DNA of 64,000 bases from a virus (lineage: Duplodnaviria; Caudoviricetes). The stretch spans positions 8,867 to 72,866 of IMG/VR virus record IMGVR_UViG_2574180309_000001. One strand, written 5' to 3'. Below, one piece after another: positions 61,786 to 64,000 of the stretch (the stretch's first letter is position 1; each line of letters begins with the position of its first letter). Both the position numbers and the translations under genes were made by a program. Below the pieces are notes generated by a model, which was not told the origin of the DNA, did not search any database, and saw only the letters and a list, made by a program, of their open reading frames with translations.

Positions 61786-62155
61786 CAGTAATTATATCAA
61801 ATGCACATAAAAAATCAATGCGTACGTAATGGATATAATGGACAAAAGAAAAGACACCCTAAGGTGCCTTCCTCTACTCAATCTACATAAGACTTTTCTT
61901 ACAGCACAAATGTTTGCTGCAGCTCTATTAATTGGTTTAGGAGTAATCCCGCTTTGTTCTTAATTTAAGGAACTCCAAACAGCCTTACCTTTCAATTGAT
62001 AAACCCTCAAGTGTATGAATACTTGGGGGTTTTCTGATAAAGAAAAGACACGCTAAGCAAAAAGTACAATAAGCTGCCTAGATGGACAGCTTATTTGTAT
62101 AATTTCCATTGTTAGAAGTTATTGGGAAACCTCTTGTTCAGAGAAGGTTACTGTT

Positions 62156-62344
62156 TTAGCTTCTTGCCTTGTAAATCTTGTCTGCTCTATTTATGCTAAG
62201 AAACGTCAGAACGGTTGCAAGTACAACAAGGACTATCCAATAGCCATTTCCTTTTACAGCAAAAACAACTGATAGTATTGATAGAAACATTGCAAGTACA
62301 AAACCGGACATGGTTTTTGAATCCTTCAACATTAACCAATTCAT
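62156..62344 (-). CDS. Small two-TM membrane protein
   Basis: RBS AAAGGAGGTG before MNWLML. Confidence 0.65.
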   Translation of the reverse strand: MNWLMLKDSKTMSGFVLAMFLSILSVVFAVKGNGYWIVLVVLATVLTFLSINRADKIYKARS

Positions 62345-62767
62345 TTTTTCACCTCCTTTTTTTATTGTATCATTCAAGGATAACAATTTGTTTGGATTTT
62401 TGGATGTATATACTATTCATGCAAAGTTAACATAACGTCCTAGTATTGGTAGCAAAGAAAAAGGGGAATCTTTACTCTCAGAAGGAATTCCCTTTTTTAT
62501 TTTCTATAACGCTATTCATCTTTTTATACATTCCTATTATGGTGCGATTTTAGGTTTCTCGTTTATTCCTGGATTAGTCGAAAAACTGTATAAAATCTTG
62601 TATGCTCTTAGCGTGTTTTTTTCCTAAATGCTGACGCTACCCAATAAAAAAAAAGACACCCTAAGGTGTCTTCCGACTTAAACCATCTTAATTTTAATAA
62701 TATGTATCTCGCAAATATAATTTTACCATATTTAGTTATTTAACACATTGAGAAATGTTGTTCAAAT

Positions 62768-63247
62768 CTATATTTTATTACGAATCGATTTCAATACACC
62801 ATCAACATTGTAATCAGGAATATTGCTAATCGTTCTCTTTTTTGTACCTAACATTTTCTTTATTTTTAAGTAAATAACACCAGTATTCACGTTGGATAAG
62901 CCAAATAAATTTGGAGCAATATCGAAGTCTACGTTTTTAATATCCTTGTATTTAATTACTTCAGCTTCAGCGCCTCCGAAAAATCCGCCTTTCATCATTA
63001 CGAGGTAGAGATTATGTTCCCCTACAACCATAAATCCCATTTTTGTTAATTTAGGATTAGCAACTTCAAAGCAGTAGATCGCTTCTTTAGCTTTCATAAC
63101 CTTCTTTAAAGCATCGAAAGCATATTTATAATATGTGCGTTCTGTTTTCGGCAGTTCTTTTGATATTTCAACCATTTCTGCAAGTGTAACTGGGTATTCA
63201 ATAATGCCAAAACGTTCATCAATTTTAGTGTATTTTGGAGTAGCCAT
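62768..63247 (-). CDS. Bacterial PH-domain-like protein
   Basis: G.MVV.E.NLYLV...GFFG...IKYKDIKNV pattern. Confidence 0.65.
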   Translation of the reverse strand: MATPKYTKIDERFGIIEYPVTLAEMVEISKELPKTERTYYKYAFDALKKVMKAKEAIYCFEVANPKLTKMGFMVVGEHNLYLVMMKGGFFGGAEAEVIKYKDIKNVDFDIAPNLFGLSNVNTGVIYLKIKKMLGTKKRTISNIPDYNVDGVLKSIRNKI

Positions 63248-63367
63248 ATAATATCCCCTTTAAAAATGTAAGATTTAACCCAAGCATAACAAATCCAGTT
63301 ACAACTATTTTGTCATATTTTGTCGAAGAAAAATAAAAAGCACTCATAAGAGTGCTTATCCATAAAT

Positions 63368-63927
63368 CTAATGTTTTTTACTAGATTTTTTATGTCCTTT
63401 ATTTCGTTCACAAGCCACGCCATCACCATCACGATCTAAATGTGAAGCATAAGCTGGGCTATCTGGAGTTATATCATAGTAACCAGCATTATTTGCATCT
63501 GTACAGTTTGCAAAGTGAACTTTCTCTTGTTTAGGTGCAGCTTGTTGCTGAGGTGCTGTATTAGCTGCAGCTTTTTGTTGCTCCTGTTCTTTTGCTTGAG
63601 CTGCTTCTTGTTGTTTCTTTTGTTATTCCTGTTGTCTTTGAGCCCCTTCTTTGCGTTGTTCATCTAATCGTTTTTGTTCTTCAGCCTTTTTCTGTTCTTC
63701 CAACTTCTTTTGTTCCTCAGCCTGTTTTTGTTCTTCGGCTTTTTCTGTTCTTCTATTTTCTTTTGTTCCTCTTCCTGTTTTTGCTCATCTAGCTTCTTTT
63801 GTTCATCTTCTTTTTTAGTTTCTTGTTTTGGTTCTTCTGATGTACTTGCTTTATCATTTGAACCACAAGCAGCCAATCCCATGAGTAACACGCTGCATGC
63901 TAAAGCCATTAATAATTTTTTGCTCAT
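63368..63927 (-). pseudogene. Excalibur-domain lipoprotein, disrupted
   Basis: Lipobox LAAC, EEQK repeats, frameshift near 63740, in-frame TAA near 63624, then FANC...HLDRDGDGVACE. Confidence 0.8.
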
Positions 63928-64000
63928 AATTTAATTCCTCCAAGATATATATAATGTAATATTTCTGCACAATCTTATCAAAATAAACATCTGTATATTG

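Noticed and set aside
334-62730. AAAAGACACCCTAAGGTG copies as a CRISPR array
   Set aside because: Dispersed with irregular, often kb-scale spacing; no cas genes.
1-64000. tRNA, rRNA, IS transposase, reverse transcriptase
   Set aside because: No cloverleaf, rRNA, DDE or YxDD-type RT signature recognised by eye; the GGTTCAAGTC in the dispersed repeat resembles a T-loop but lacks the tRNA stems.

Overview
AT-rich Bacillus cereus-group DNA. Most of the window is a temperate siphophage that appears to be maintained as a plasmid-prophage: I see no integrase, but there is a ParA-type partition locus, a serine resolvase and an ORF-free, RNA-rich candidate origin. Layout: (i) 0.3-10 kb defence island with an HNH-like protein, two HEPN-like proteins, an AbiF/AbiD toxin with an adjacent promoter-driven ncRNA, and Gabija gajAB; (ii) 10.5-13 kb arbitrium switch (aimR, unannotated aimP ending in MDPGTGMG, aimX-like ORF, cI/cro); (iii) 13-21 kb early/replication genes interspersed with counter-oriented sRNA cassettes; (iv) an ~800-nt ORF-free array of tandem RNA hairpins at the predicted late promoter (22.0-22.8 kb); (v) 25.7-47 kb SPP1-like morphogenesis and lysis genes, with the tape measure gene split by a group I intron carrying a homing endonuclease; (vi) 48-57 kb FtsK/Replic_Relax module, SLH protein, par locus and a candidate Rep-less, antisense-controlled replicon; (vii) 57-64 kb cargo (S8 protease, type I TA) punctuated by a dispersed repeat that also occurs at 0.3 kb. 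All calls come from motif recognition and manual base-pairing; no searches were run.
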